A DNA stretch of 64,000 nt, from positions 186,001 through 250,000 of IMG/VR virus record IMGVR_UViG_3300027782_000025; one strand, given 5' to 3'. A model generated the notes under the pieces. The model saw only the letters and a program-made list of their open reading frames with translations, was not told the DNA's origin and ran no database searches. Numbering within the stretch: the stretch's first letter is position 1; every line of letters starts with the position of its first letter. A program made the position numbers and the translations under genes. This document shows, piece after piece, positions 1 to 13,400 of this stretch.

Positions 1-1
1 T

Positions 2-853
2 GGCAACCACGACATGTATCTCAGGCACAGCTGGAAATGTAATAGTTTAGATCCGATAAATGATAAATTAGTGGTTATTAACGATATAAAAGATCTTGTA
101 ATAGAAGGAAGACATTTCCATATCTTGCCGTATATGACCAAAGAAAGCACATATCGCAAAGTCTTAGAATTACTTTCACAAAAAGCTGATGCCGAAACTA
201 TACTTCTAACGCACATTGGTGTAAATGGCGCCACCTATAACACCTGCTTTACCCAAGCTTCGAATTCTTCTATAACATTTAACGACACACCATATAGGAA
301 GATCTTCACTGGGCATTATCACAATAGGCAATCGATAGGGGATAGGGTATATTATCCAGGGTCCCCAATACCTTTCAAACACGATGAAGGCGGTATTCCC
401 CATGGATTCTTGGTATTAGATACTGACACTTTAGAACAGAAGTTCGTTAACATCCAGAAAGCTGGTCAGAAGTTCTTCCCGACTGAAGCTCCACCACCGA
501 ATTTTTATACCATCATTCACACAGATGTTAATTCGACATCTGAAGAAGTAATTAAGAATAACCACATTCGTGTCGTGTTGGGTGAAACCATCGCGGAGAA
601 TGAGAAAGAATCGATTAGACTACTACTAGAAAACTACAATCCTAAAAGCATAAAGTTCATCACCCCGGTCGAAAAGATAACTGCTGGCAGAAAAGAAATA
701 AAAACTTACGGCATCAGCGATTACTTCGACAGATGGATTAAAAAAGATAAAAATTTTAAAGAGCTTGATGATAAACTGATATTAAAACTAAATCAGGAAA
801 TCATACAACTCGGCGATGAACAATACCTATCAGAATCCCAAGAAATAGAATAA
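2..853 (+). CDS. sbcD: Mre11/SbcD (T4 gp47-like) metallophosphoesterase nuclease, 5'-truncated by window
   Basis: In-frame codons upstream of ATG14 read G-N-H-D (phosphoesterase GNHD motif); also FTGHYH and YYPGSP motifs. The frame is open to the window start. Confidence 0.85.
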   Translation, partial: GNHDMYLRHSWKCNSLDPINDKLVVINDIKDLVIEGRHFHILPYMTKESTYRKVLELLSQKADAETILLTHIGVNGATYNTCFTQASNSSITFNDTPYRKIFTGHYHNRQSIGDRVYYPGSPIPFKHDEGGIPHGFLVLDTDTLEQKFVNIQKAGQKFFPTEAPPPNFYTIIHTDVNSTSEEVIKNNHIRVVLGETIAENEKESIRLLLENYNPKSIKFITPVEKITAGRKEIKTYGISDYFDRWIKKDKNFKELDDKLILKLNQEIIQLGDEQYLSESQEIE

Positions 854-869
854 GTGTATTATCACACAG

Positions 870-1310
870 TCAACAGTCTAGTGTTGACAACATAGCGACC
901 ACGTTTGTCGTAGGTTTTTTAAGCAGTTGGGAAACCAGATTCGGTCTTTTCAGGCAAGTTATCTCCATTGATCTGGTTTGTATAAATAAATGCCTGTAAC
1001 TCCCCAACCCGGCGATGAGCTATATCACTAGAGAAGGCGTGGCTTAACAGAGGACGGCATGTCTGCGAGCCATCAGTTGCCCCATATATAGTTCCTAACT
1101 CAAAGATCTGAGACACCAAACCTGATAGAGTGTACGGGTGACTGAACCTCACCGACGGCGGCAGATCCCATTATTATTGTTGACTATCGGCTAGCTCTAA
1201 ACCCCGCAAACCATAAGCGACTTGGTGAGCTGGACTGGTAGTGTTAAATAGTAAAACCGAGGCATTAGTAACATTTTGCACCTCTGGCCATTCTTTTGGT
1301 CTTTTTTTTT
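870..1310 (+). ncRNA. Candidate structured non-coding RNA (unassigned family)
   Basis: No credible ORF. Helices: 926-931/1003-1008, perfect 9-bp 932-940/971-979, crossing 951-956/991-996, 1061-1066/1161-1166, 1137-1141/1149-1153, plus a CTAGCTC/GAGCTGG stem. Ends at a hairpin plus T9. Confidence 0.4.
1286..1310 (+). terminator. Rho-independent terminator (putative)
   Basis: GGCCA-TTCTTT-TGGTC hairpin (one G-U pair) followed by 9 T. Confidence 0.55.
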
Positions 1311-1407
1311 AAAGACTTTTAGGGCGGGCGGGGAGGAGCTTGGTATATAATAAATGTGCCATTTAAAATAAAAATTAAAAGATAAAGGTCCACCGACAGG
1401 AAAACAA

Positions 1408-4400
1408 ATGGCAAAATTTACACCTCGTTTCCCTAGAAACGCTACTGACGGTCAAGAAGTTGCAGATAAGTATGGAAATGTTTGGAGATATTATTCTTCC
1501 ACTGACACCTGGGTATCAATCGGTTATCTTCAGCCTCCAATTATTGTCGATGAAAAGAATGATGGCTTTGTCTCCCCCGAAATTTATAAAAGAATACAAT
1601 ATTATAAAAACTTTAAAGAAGCTCTTAATCAAGCGCCCTTAAAGATATTGCCAGGTAGGGGAGCATACTATTATTACTTTAGATCTAATAATCGACTGAT
1701 TAAATTTAAGGCTGAATCTAAAAGCCAACTGCGTATAGAAGTCAATATGCAGCGGCTTTATCGTTTATTATATAATGAGAGATGCAAAGGCCCGACCGGT
1801 CAACGTGGACTAATTGGTGCGGCTGGAGTCGATGGTCTAGCAGCCCCCGCTGAACTCTCATTTAATCCAACATTTGACAATAATATAATGTCTTTTGCGG
1901 TCTACACCCCTCAGCCTTTAGAGGCTGGTGGAAAGATTTTTCTTCCGAATGGCCACGTACCAGATATAAGTGTTAGATTGGATGAGCTTGACCCCTCCTT
2001 CACTCCCTCTCTCCTCCCATCCTATGTCGAATTACCAATTTATCTGTTTACAATAAGCAATGAATACAAAGAATACATGAGGCTTCAAGCCGATATAAGA
2101 AATAAATGTGCGGCTGGTAACGGATTGTTCTATTTCTGTTTAAATGACGTTATTAAAAATCTTGACTTAGATTCGATAAATGCCCAAAGTGTGTTAGAAA
2201 TCAAGATTGACCCGACCGGCGCTGTTCCAGTTCGTTTTACAGGCGAGCTTTCTGCACTAATCGATGAGGGAGCATCAGCAGCGCTTATCGGTTATGATAA
2301 GGATTATCATATAGCCTATGGAAAAATAATCCTTAAGGTAGGTTCTTGGAACACTAATTATGCTGTAAAATCTAGACAATGTGGTCCAGACGGGGCTAGG
2401 GGTGACATTGGTTCTTCTAAATTAAGTATAAGCGAAGTGGTTATCGAGCCTGGTAGTACGGTCTTAGCTAAGAGGCCACTTATTGGTCTAAGATATGATA
2501 AAAGCTCATCTACTTTATTATCGTCATTTGGTGATCTTAGTATAGAGACGAATGTTGATAATATTTCTTTGGTTCCAGGATCTACAAATTTAGCTTTTGA
2601 AAGCCCAATTGATAGTGTTCTAGCGAGCGTTGAAACTACTGCTAATAGATATAAATCTCTAAGAATTCATGAGACCAGTATCGTTGGTTCTGAGACTCCT
2701 AAGACTAATTTTTTTGTCTGGCAGCCTCTACCAAACTGTGTTAGTAAGCATAATTATGAGAAGAATGTCTTTGATTGGGTGCCTTTAACTAGCAAGGAAC
2801 CTTGTGAAATTGGTGGTGTTACTTGGTATGGTGCTGATGGCCCTAAGAATGCTCAGTATCCATGGCAGATTTTAATACCTGCTTCTCCTGAGGTTGAAAA
2901 TTGCTGCCAGGAGCCTTTCTTCTATTGCCCTAATGTGCAGATGGGTGCTTGCAGCGATGTGGGTGGCGGTTCTGGGACTCCGGCCCCATCTACGCCCACT
3001 GCTTCACCAACACCAACAGCTTCACCGACGCCTACAGCTTCGCCCACTCCAACACCTACCCCAACACCAACACCTACCCCAACACCTACCCCAACACCTA
3101 CCCCAGCTGGGTCAGGTAGAGCCTTGTTTGGTTTTGGTATTACTACAGGAAATGTTTATGTCAGTTTAACCAACCATGTTTCGAATACCGGTGTTGTCGC
3201 ATCTGATACTACTGGTGTCGGTACCGCTAGAATGGGTCTGGCTGCTGCGGGTTATGGTGGTGATAAAGCTTTATTCGGATTTGGGATTTATAATGACCCT
3301 CTTGATGTTGTGGTCAGTACGACAAATCTTGTGTCGAATACTGGCGTGGTTGCGACCGACACAAATGGCGTTGGTACTCCAAGAATAGATCCGGCCGCTG
3401 CTGGTTATGGTACAGATAAGGCCATATTTGCATTCGGGAATACTGGAATTACTTTTACTTTTACCAGTTTAACTAATCTTGTATCTAATACTGGTGTTGT
3501 TGCGACCGATACGGCTAATGCTTCTAGTACTCCAAGAACTTCTGGCGCGGCAGCTGGTTATGGTGGTGATAAAGCTATTTTCGGATATGGGCTTTCGAAC
3601 ACAAATCCCTATGCATATATTAGTTTTACAAATCTTGTTTCTAACACCGGTGTTATGGCGTCTAATACCGCTGGCGTTGGTACTGCTAGGGCATATTTGG
3701 CGGCAGCAGGCTTCGGTGGTGATAAGGCCATATTTGGATATGGATCCACAAATAGCTCCACTTATGCTGAGACGAATATTGTTAATAATCTTGGTATAGT
3801 TTCAACTAATACTGTAATTGCTGGTTCTGTAAAGACGGAATCTTCCGCTACCATCTATGGTGGCAATAAAGCCGTATTTGGATATGGGTCCGGAAATGCT
3901 AGTAAGACTTATCTAAATCTCGCAAATTATGTTTCAAGCTTTGGCGTTGTTTCGGCGGATACAGCTATTGTTGGTACTGCTAGAAATAATTTAGCAGCGA
4001 CTAATTATGGTGGTAACCCAGCACCGACACCGACACCATGCTTAGACCTATTAGAAAAAGTCGGGCAATCACCATCAAACGTCGTATACCCACAAGACAA
4101 TGTCGTCTCACCAGACGGACGGACATTATATGTTTTAGGTGGTGGCCTTGGTAATACCCCCACCAAAGTGGCTATATTTTCAATAGACAAAAGCACTGGA
4201 CTTATAACCTTTGTAGAAGAAACAGCCGCTGGATACTCGCCTTATGGAATATGTGTTTCACCTGATTCAAAATATGTTTATATTTCTTCTATAACTGGTC
4301 CGCTCACAGATCCTACTTCAGTCTATGTGATCACAATGTATTCAAGAAATGCAGCCACAGGCAGTATAACATCGATAGGAACTGTTGGTCCAGTGGTTAC

Positions 4401-7400
4401 TAACGGTCAAATGGGTAAATTAATATTTTCTCCAAATGGGCTATTTGTCTATACTGCGACCTACAATACTATAATTTCTATTTATACTAGGAACGCTTCA
4501 ACAGGTGTTCTTGCCCCGCTTGGTTATGTCGTCGTAACCATACCTACATCTAACACTTTTTATATTCGTGGATTGTATATCTCGCCGGATGGCTTAAACT
4601 TATATGTTTCTCAAGATGAGACTTTTAATGCTGGCCGGCAGGTCATAGGTACTTCAATATCTAATTTTAGCATAAGCCAATCGACTGGACTGCTAACCTA
4701 TGTCGATAGAATAATAGGCAATGAAGTATTTTATAACGAAGGTATTGTTTCGCCGGACGGAAAAACCGTTTACACTTTAGGCACCAAAAATCCTTCCAAT
4801 ACCCTTGGAGCTGATGCTGTTACTATTTTTTCGAGATCTACTTCTACAGGTAGTCTTACACTCAGCGGTTCTATTGCTACAGCCGCAGTACCTACCGATA
4901 TTATAATATCTCCGGATGGTTCAAACGTCTATGTTAGCAGCGCAATTATAGTAGCTATAGGCTCCCTAGGCGCCCTTACGACATATCGTAGAAACATATC
5001 CACCGGAAGCTTGACATATTTAGGAGAAATACCTACTGGCGTCACGCCACGAGGTTTATCGATTTCGCCAGATGGTTCATATATCTATCAGGGAAATGCC
5101 TTAGATCCTTCTGTTTTTATATTTTTTAGGTGCGTCTCACTATCGCCGACACCGACTCCTACTCCGACACCCTCATATGTTACCGCTGGTCGAGCCGTAT
5201 TTGGATTTGGCGTTAGTGGCAGCCTTGCAACTTCGAGCGTTACTAATCTAGTTTCAAATACTGGTGTTGTCGCGACCGATTCTGCCGGTATTGGAACGGC
5301 CAGACATTATTTGGCTGCAGCTGGCTACGGCACAGATAAAGCTATATTTGGTTATGGGATTACATTTGGCGGCAGCATAAATACAAATTTAACGAATCTT
5401 GTTAGTAATATTGGAGTTATCGCGTCTGATACATCTGGCTTGGGAACCGCTAGAATGGGCTTAGCAGCAGCCGGCTATGGCACTGATAAAGCCATATTTG
5501 GCTATGGCTATACTACAGGTTATGTCGCTATTACTAACCTTGTTAATAACACTGGTCTCGTAGCGTCTGACACTGCCGGGGTCGGCTCGGTTAGGAATTT
5601 TTTAGCTGCTGCCGGTTATGGTGGTGATAAAGCAATTTTTGGCTTTGGGCAAAACAATACCTCAATATATTCGATGACTAACCTTGTTAGTAACACTGGA
5701 GTAGTCGCGTCAGACACAAATGGTGTTGGTAGCGGACGATCAGGCTCTTCAGCAGCCGGATATGGTAAAGATAAGGCGATTTTTGGCTTTGGTTTCTTTC
5801 AGAATGTTTATATCTCCTCGACTAATCTTATCAGTAGTATCGGTGTTGTTGCATCAGATACTTCCGGCATTGGTACCGCCAGAATGCTTAATGCAGCTGC
5901 CGGATATGGTGGTGATAAAGCGATTTTTGGATATGGAAGAACTAGTTCTACTGCAGCAGTAAGCATAACGAATCTTGTTAGTAGCACCGGCGTTGTCGCC
6001 ACTGATACAACTGGCATCGGCACTGAAAGATACGGGCTTGCCGCTGCTAGTGTTGGTGGTAATTCGTTGACACCTACACCTACACCTACACCAACACCAA
6101 CACCAACACCAACACCAACACCAACACCAATCAATCCATGCATAGTAACGAACTGGTCCGCTGTGCCGACGAAAGTCACGGGCGGCAGCTCTTACTATAT
6201 AACTTACGGTCAAGGTCGTTTCATAAATCTAATCACCACCGAATCAATTGAGATAGCAGATGGTGGAACTGTTTCTGTCCCCAGCTACTTGCAGACATCA
6301 ATCGATGGTACTAATTGGACAGATACTAAATTACCAAAAAATTATGTTTTTAATGGCTTTAATGCTTATCCTTACTTTTATTCTAAAATAGCAGTTAGCG
6401 ACAAAAGAATAATCTTTTGGGCAAACAATGATGTTTATACTCCTAACTACGATATTATTTATACAGATGATTTTGGCAGCACGTTTAATTCATATAAATT
6501 CGACGGAAAATATGGTTTCGAGTTTCCTCTGAGTATAGCTTACGGAAACAATAAATTCCTTCTAGTAACACAAGACATATACACCGCGATTGGAAGGAGT
6601 GTTAACTTTTATTTTTCTGATGATGGCTTAACTTTTGGCTCTGCCACTTATAGATTTTCTTTGCCCGGCCCTGATTGGAATGTAACGTTTACTAACGGCT
6701 TATTTTTTACATTTCCAGCAGGAACTATGACCGGCAGCCAAGTTTCGACAAAGGGGTATATGTCCGATGGCGGTCCCAATGCTTTTATCCCTTTTGATTT
6801 ACCTGTCGGAGCAGGCAATATTCGTAATCTAGTTTATGGTGCCGGAAGATATGTCTTGACTTCTGAAAAAGGCGTCTACTCTAGCCAAGGACCAAATCTT
6901 GGTCCTTGGGTTAAAGCTACATTGCCAACTACTATTACAACTGGTTATAGCGATAGCGCTTTCATTACTTTTGGATCTGGTACTTTCGTAATTATGCCTT
7001 TTAGAAAAAGCGTTCCTGATACACTTCAATATGCGCTTACTTCTCAAGATGGTATTAATTGGATCGTTACCGGTAGTCTTTTTACGTATCCTACTTCTCC
7101 TAACGCTCAACCAAGGGCCAACAATATAGCGTTTGGTTATACCTCACAAGATAAATCATCTTCTAAATTCATTATTAGTGCTATAACGACTACTCAAGGC
7201 ACGCTCGGCGCGCCATTAAATTATGGTAATGTTCTTGTCGCTCAATGTGTTACTACTCCAACACCTACACCAACTCCGACTGCTACGGCTTGTTCCTTTT
7301 TAACTTGGCCGCCATTTTTTGCTAATAGTAGTGCTGCTATGACTATTACTAGTATAAATACTGGTGCGGTTATGCAAGCTACCTTAGGAAATACTATAGT

Positions 7401-10400
7401 TGTAAAAGGTAATTTAAGTTATACACCACCACAAAACGACTACAGGGAATTTTACCAATACACTAGTAGTAGTGGCGCAATTATAATTGCTTCTCCATTT
7501 TCTGCCGGAGATAAAGTATTAATTAACGAAAATTCTGCATCACAAGGTACTAATGGTTACTATTTTATCTCTAAGATTATTAACGGTATCCACACGATCG
7601 TTTGTTCTCTTACACCAACACCTACTCCAACACCGACTCCGACACCAACTCCGACCACAGTTACTACTGCTTCAAACATTTGCGGATATCTCTGGGAAAG
7701 ATCAGATATCCCATCTGACAGGATAATTGTCGATGCTGCGACCTTCGGCCTTAATTATTACGCCATCACACACAATGATATCCTTGGTAATAGTTTACCA
7801 CTAGATGTAGGTTATAAGAGTAATTCCGGAAAGACATGGACTACGTTTACATTACCCTCGTTGTCAACAGGATACTGGAATAAGATAGCTTTTTTAGCTG
7901 GCGCAAGTACACCAGTGTTTGTGATCTACAGCACACCAGGCGTCGTCCGGCTATCGACCGACGATGGTAAAACTTGGGCCAAACCGTTTGACGCGGCTCA
8001 GGTAGGTATTGATCTGATTATCGTTTCTATTAGTTATAATACTTCTGCCAGCGTGCTAGTTGCTATTCATTCAGACGGCAAAGTGTATAAACATGGGATT
8101 CACTCTACAGATCCAACCCTGCTCACATTTACACTAATAAATCTACCTACGATCCCGAATAATGTCTGGCTAACAGTTAGTTTTAGTGATAAATTTTATC
8201 TGATTGGCAAGAACGCAGACGGCTCTTCATATGATACTTATTTAACATCAATAGATGGTGTTACTTGGGTCGTAGAGAAATTCCCACGTTCTGATAAATG
8301 GACAGGCATTGAGGGTCATAGCAATACGATTGTCGCTATTACGCTGGCCAATGGCGCGGCGGTTAAGACTGGTACACCATCGGCATGGCAGAATATTGTT
8401 TTACCAAATAATGTTTCTTCCTTTAGCTTTATTAGAAGTTCATCAACCGCCTCGTCTTTTTATCTTGGCGCTGCGTTTCTAGCAGCGGTAAAAGTCCCGA
8501 GTGGTGTAAACAATTCTGATATAGCCCATTCTACAGATGGTATAAATTGGTCGACCTCGACATTAACTTTTAATACTGCAGCCCCAGGCCTTAGCTTTAT
8601 AAATTTCTTTAAAGAAAACAACACCTTTTTAGTTATTTATAACGGCGGCGCCGATGGCGCTAAGGCTGCCGTATCATACTGTAACGAAATATCTTGTTTA
8701 ACATCTTGGACAGCGAGCAGAGCGCCAGACTTTACCAGCCCGCTTGGCGGTTTGCCGAATTACTCCGACTTGCTCTTTACATATGGTTCTAATTTTATGT
8801 TGCTTAATGCAACCACTTCTGACCTTAAGATATCTGATGATGGTATAACTTGGGCGTCTTTTAATGTCTATGGTGCTTCGACACCTGGGACCTCAGTTTG
8901 GAAAGATATTGCTGTTGGCCCGAATACGACATACTTGATACTTTCAGAGGAAAAAACAGTCGCTAAGTCTGTAGATGGTGGAAGAATTTGGCAAATATAC
9001 TCGACTTTACCGACACTCCCTAGTTCAGCAAGCAAAAACTGGCTTCAAGCATGCTACGGCGCTGGAAAATATGTGGCGTTAAGTTATTCTAACATAGGTG
9101 CATATTCTGTCGACAATGGTGCAACTTGGTCACAGATGACGTTGCCTGTATTCGCTGCATGGTCTGAATTGATTTACGCTAATGGCCAATTTGTGGCTAT
9201 AGCATCAAAAGAATTATCTAGTGGTGCTTTGGTAAATGCTGGATACGCGATGGTCTCTACTGATGGTATTAACTGGAGCATATTTAATCTGCCAGTTAAG
9301 ACAGATCCTTGGGTGGATATTGTTTATGGAAGCGATGTCTTTGTGGCTATACCTAGCGCACTAGATGCGAACTACGTCGCGGTTTCTTCTGATGCCAAAA
9401 AATGGACAAAGATATCGCTTCCAACACCAAGAATAACGCCATCCGTAAAATGGGTGCGGATATCATATGGGGCTGGCATCTTTCTTTTAACTTCTTCAGA
9501 TACTATACAGGCAGTATCTGCTGATGGGTTTAGCTGGTTTATTCGCAGTGCTGGTACTCTGTCCCCAATTAGTGATGCCATCGTAGCCTTTGGTAATAAT
9601 CGTTTTGTGGCGTTTTCATCGATACCTGAACGTGGTAATCCTGCTAACATTGCTATATCAATTTGCGATGCTACACCGCCCCCTTTCAGTAACCCTGACA
9701 TTAGCTGTTTTAAACAATGGCCAAGCAATGCTACTTCCGGCGATGCCTCTTATGTCAATACAGTGGTAACTGGCATGACATCTGGCGCAACGCAAATTAA
9801 TACGATTGTTAGCGAGCCATGCGTTTTAGGATTATATTTCCTTGATCCTAATAAAACCCAACAAAAACCCGTTTGGTATTATGGTCGATTTGCCTTTTTT
9901 AATAATGGAAGTATAACAGGTGTTAGCTCTAAATTTACGACTGCTAATACCCTTGGCAATCAGATGACATATGTTTATATAGATGAATCGACTTTCTTGT
10001 TTCGCACTGGTCTGCCTGATCCTAAACTAAATGATTATTTTAATAACGAAGACTTAACCGTTTACAATTTTAATGGTACTAATTCTATTTACCCAGGTGC
10101 TAAAATCGGCATCTCGGATGGGACATATAAGTATGTTGGATTAAGAGACTTAGGCGGCTTTACCTATTATGAAGCGACCTGTAAACCAAAGAATGTAATT
10201 GTCTATACTGTTTACTTAACTTATAAACATTCATTCTATGGTGGCCTATCCAATGGCCGTAACTTTATATTAAATGAAACTGTTAATATTGTAGGTGGTG
10301 TATCGAATTCCGCTGATTATGTAGTAACAGCCATAACACCTAGAAAAGGCTCGCCTGTCAATCCGCTCTGGGAAGGTGTAGAAGTGACTCTGGCGTGTCC

Positions 10401-13400
10401 TTTGATTACACCAACACCGACTCCGACTCCTACGCCGACTCCAACTCCGACCACATTTATAACTCCATCAATTTGCGGTAAATTACTTGCATGGGGATAT
10501 AATGGTCTAGAGTATCAGTTGGGGACGGGTTCAAAGGAATTGTTCGTTAGTGATCCTGATTTGGTGTTGATAGCAAATCCGATAACTTTTGATGGCACTA
10601 GTTATTTAACCACACCGATACCGGTTCCTGGTTCACCAGTAAGTTGTCTTTGCGCTCTAGATTATACGCAAGTCACTGAACCTAACGTACAGCTAGGAGA
10701 CAGAAAGACTGGGCCTTGCTCGCCAGGCTGTGATGGCTTATGCGAGTATATTGCTTGGGAAAACAGGGGGGTCTTATTTTGGAGGGCCTTGTCTTCTAGT
10801 TGTCAGATTACTCCAGTAAGTTCGCCGAATACACCGCCAGTGGCGACGCCGACACCACCGCCCGTTGCGACGCCGACACCGCCGCCAGTGGCGACACCAA
10901 CCCCAACACCGCCACCTTTAAATTGTACTCACGGTTGCAATGCTGGTCTTGGTTATCTCGCAATCACGGCGTTGGGTCCTAACAATACTAAGACAGTCAC
11001 TTTAACTGGCTCTAATGGCAAGAGTTTTAGTGCCGGTGAAACAATAATAATACAAGGTGTTGCGCCTGCTCCGGCGATTTGCTGGGATAATGTGAATGGC
11101 ACATATAAAATATTATCTGTCAATAATCGCCAAATTATTTTAGAATGTGTTTCTTTAGGATGCTTTAACGGATGGGCAAGTGGTAGTTTTAATGTTCCTG
11201 TATATGCTGGGATTACGGTGATCTCGTCTGGCGGCGCAGAAATAAGAGGTATAAAAACATCTGGAAGTACAGACTATTGGCTTGCTTTCGCTTGCAGTAC
11301 TATGTATTCCCCAATAACAGCGCCAATACTTACACCAAGCGATTCAAATGTTTATGTTGTAAATGATGTAATCCCACAAAACGTCGAATGTTTTGATAGA
11401 AATTCTACTAATGGTTCTTTACTTTCTAAAGGCATCATTGCTATCGGTCCCGCTACTGGAAATACTTCAAAGGGTATTTGCATCTCTGAAGATGGCACTA
11501 GTGTTTATGTCGGTACTAATTCATTAATAAAGATATACTCAAGAGATAAAACGACAGGCACACTAACAGATAATGGCACTATCTTATCGAATATAGCTGA
11601 CCAAATGTATTCGATCTGCATTTCTAAGGATGGCACCAGCGTTTATGCTGCTAGCCGATTAGGTAAACTTCACATGTTGAGTAGAAATACTACATCTGGA
11701 GCGCTTGCTGTATTGGGTGAAATTAGAACTTGGGGATTACAGGAGGGACTTTGCGTTTCAGAAGATGATAAGAGCGTTTATGTTATTAATTTGAATTCGC
11801 CAGCATTAGTTTCTATATATTCAAGAAATATTTCGACTGGCGTATTAACGGCGAATGGTCAAATAGGAGATTATAAACAGGGTGATAATTTTAATCCTCA
11901 TGGAATCTGTATTTCTAAAGATGGTAAAAATGTGTATGTGACGGCTTTTTATAAAGATTATGTTCTTTGGTATGATAGAGATGCTACCACTGGAGCTTTA
12001 GTGTTAAGGGGCACCGTTCCAACCCCCGCAAGCCAGCCTTGGGGGATATGTATATCTGCAGACGGTATAAGTGTTTATGTATCAAGTAATAGTGGCGCTG
12101 GTGTTTCGATATATAGCAGGAATGTTTCAACTGGTGCATTAGTACAAAATGGAAAGATTAACACACCACAAAGTTTAGCCTCATACGACATGTGCGTTTC
12201 AGCAGACGGGACTAGCGTATATGTGGTTTTTAACACTGGCTATGTAGGAGAGTACAGGAGAAATACTTCTACTGGCTTATTAACTTATGCTGGAGCTAAT
12301 AAAACAAATAGTACTAATCCACAGTCAGTCTGCATCTATCCTAAAACTTTTGGTCCAGCAACGACGCCGACTCCAACACCGACTCCAACACCAACACCAA
12401 CACCAACACCGACTCCAACACCAACACCAACACCAACACCAACACCAACACCAACACCAACACCAACACCAACACCAACACCAACACCAACACCAACACC
12501 AACACCAACACCAACACCCAAAAATGCTTGTACATTCATGACGATTTATTTTAATGAGTCTGGAAGTACAACCCAAGGCGGTCTAGCGCCACCCACTTGC
12601 GGAAGCACGATAACATATACCGTTGCTAACCCGACTGTCAATAATAATAATAAACTCGTTACAGCTTCAGTAAAGTTTTCGGATGTTCTTGAACCACACA
12701 CTCAAGGCGGCAGCGGTGAAAGATGCAAGCCACTCACTGCTATTATATATAATAATGGGCAATATTTTGGCACGATGTCATTCAATGACATTACTCTTGT
12801 ACCTGGGCATGCAGGTGCTAACGGTGCTTCTGTGTTTCAAGGCATATTAGGGATTTATTCGCTTTTCTTAGTTTGGACGTTTGAGTGTGCTCCCGCTGCT
12901 GCTCCAATAATAGTACCTCCTACACCTACTCCAACGCCGACACCAGCCCAAAGGGTTTTATGCAATATCTTGTATGGCGATACTTTTTCATATTTTGGTA
13001 TTAGTCATTTAGTGTCTGGTTCAAGCGGCATGCTGCTAATTAACCCTCCTAGTAGAGGTGGAGTTAGTTTCGACGGTTATTTATATGGTTCTGGTTATTG
13101 GGCTGGAAGGCCAAATACTTCGACACAGCTGAAAAGAATAGATGGAAAAGTAAATCCTGTAGTAGCTGCGCCTGGTCAGTGGAGATATGTTAATACATTC
13201 GGAAGCATGGCTTATGCAATCGATGCAAATAGCGATCTTTACACATGGGGTATCGATACATTTGGTGAATCGTGCTTGGATAGAAAGGGTGAGACAATAG
13301 CTGAGCCAACCAGAGTAACCGATGAATTTATGCCAAAACTTACAAAAATGAGTTATAATCAGATTGCCCCTGGTAACGGTTTTACAGCATTTTTAACTAA

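Noticed and set aside
884-916. Sigma70 promoter from TTGACA at 884-889
   Set aside because: No acceptable -10 hexamer at 16-18 bp spacing, and TTGACA is part of a hairpin arm.
981-988. T4 late promoter TATAAATA
   Set aside because: Single occurrence far from any start codon in an AT-rich genome; not consistently found upstream of structural genes here.
919-1152. 77-aa minus-strand ORF
   Set aside because: No RBS or recognisable motif; it lies antisense to the hairpin-rich, terminator-ended region, which is better explained as non-coding.
860-1300. tRNA, tmRNA or RNase P gene
   Set aside because: No cloverleaf with a GTTCRA T-loop and CCA end, no tmRNA termini, and no RNase P GGAAAGTCC motif found on either strand.
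3115-6060. ~150-bp periodic repeats that could be mistaken for a CRISPR array or DGR template
   Set aside because: They are in-frame, synonymously diverged protein repeats (Kelch-like). There is no constant repeat with unique spacers, no reverse transcriptase, and no adenine-specific TR/VR pattern seen.
12287-12576. ORFs reading (HQ)n, (WC)n, (GV)n, (VL)n, and similar ones at 2894-3169, 5808-6213, 14274-14678 and 15965-16240
   Set aside because: Shadow frames of the PT-linker repeats inside real genes; the repeat unit lacks stop codons in other frames.
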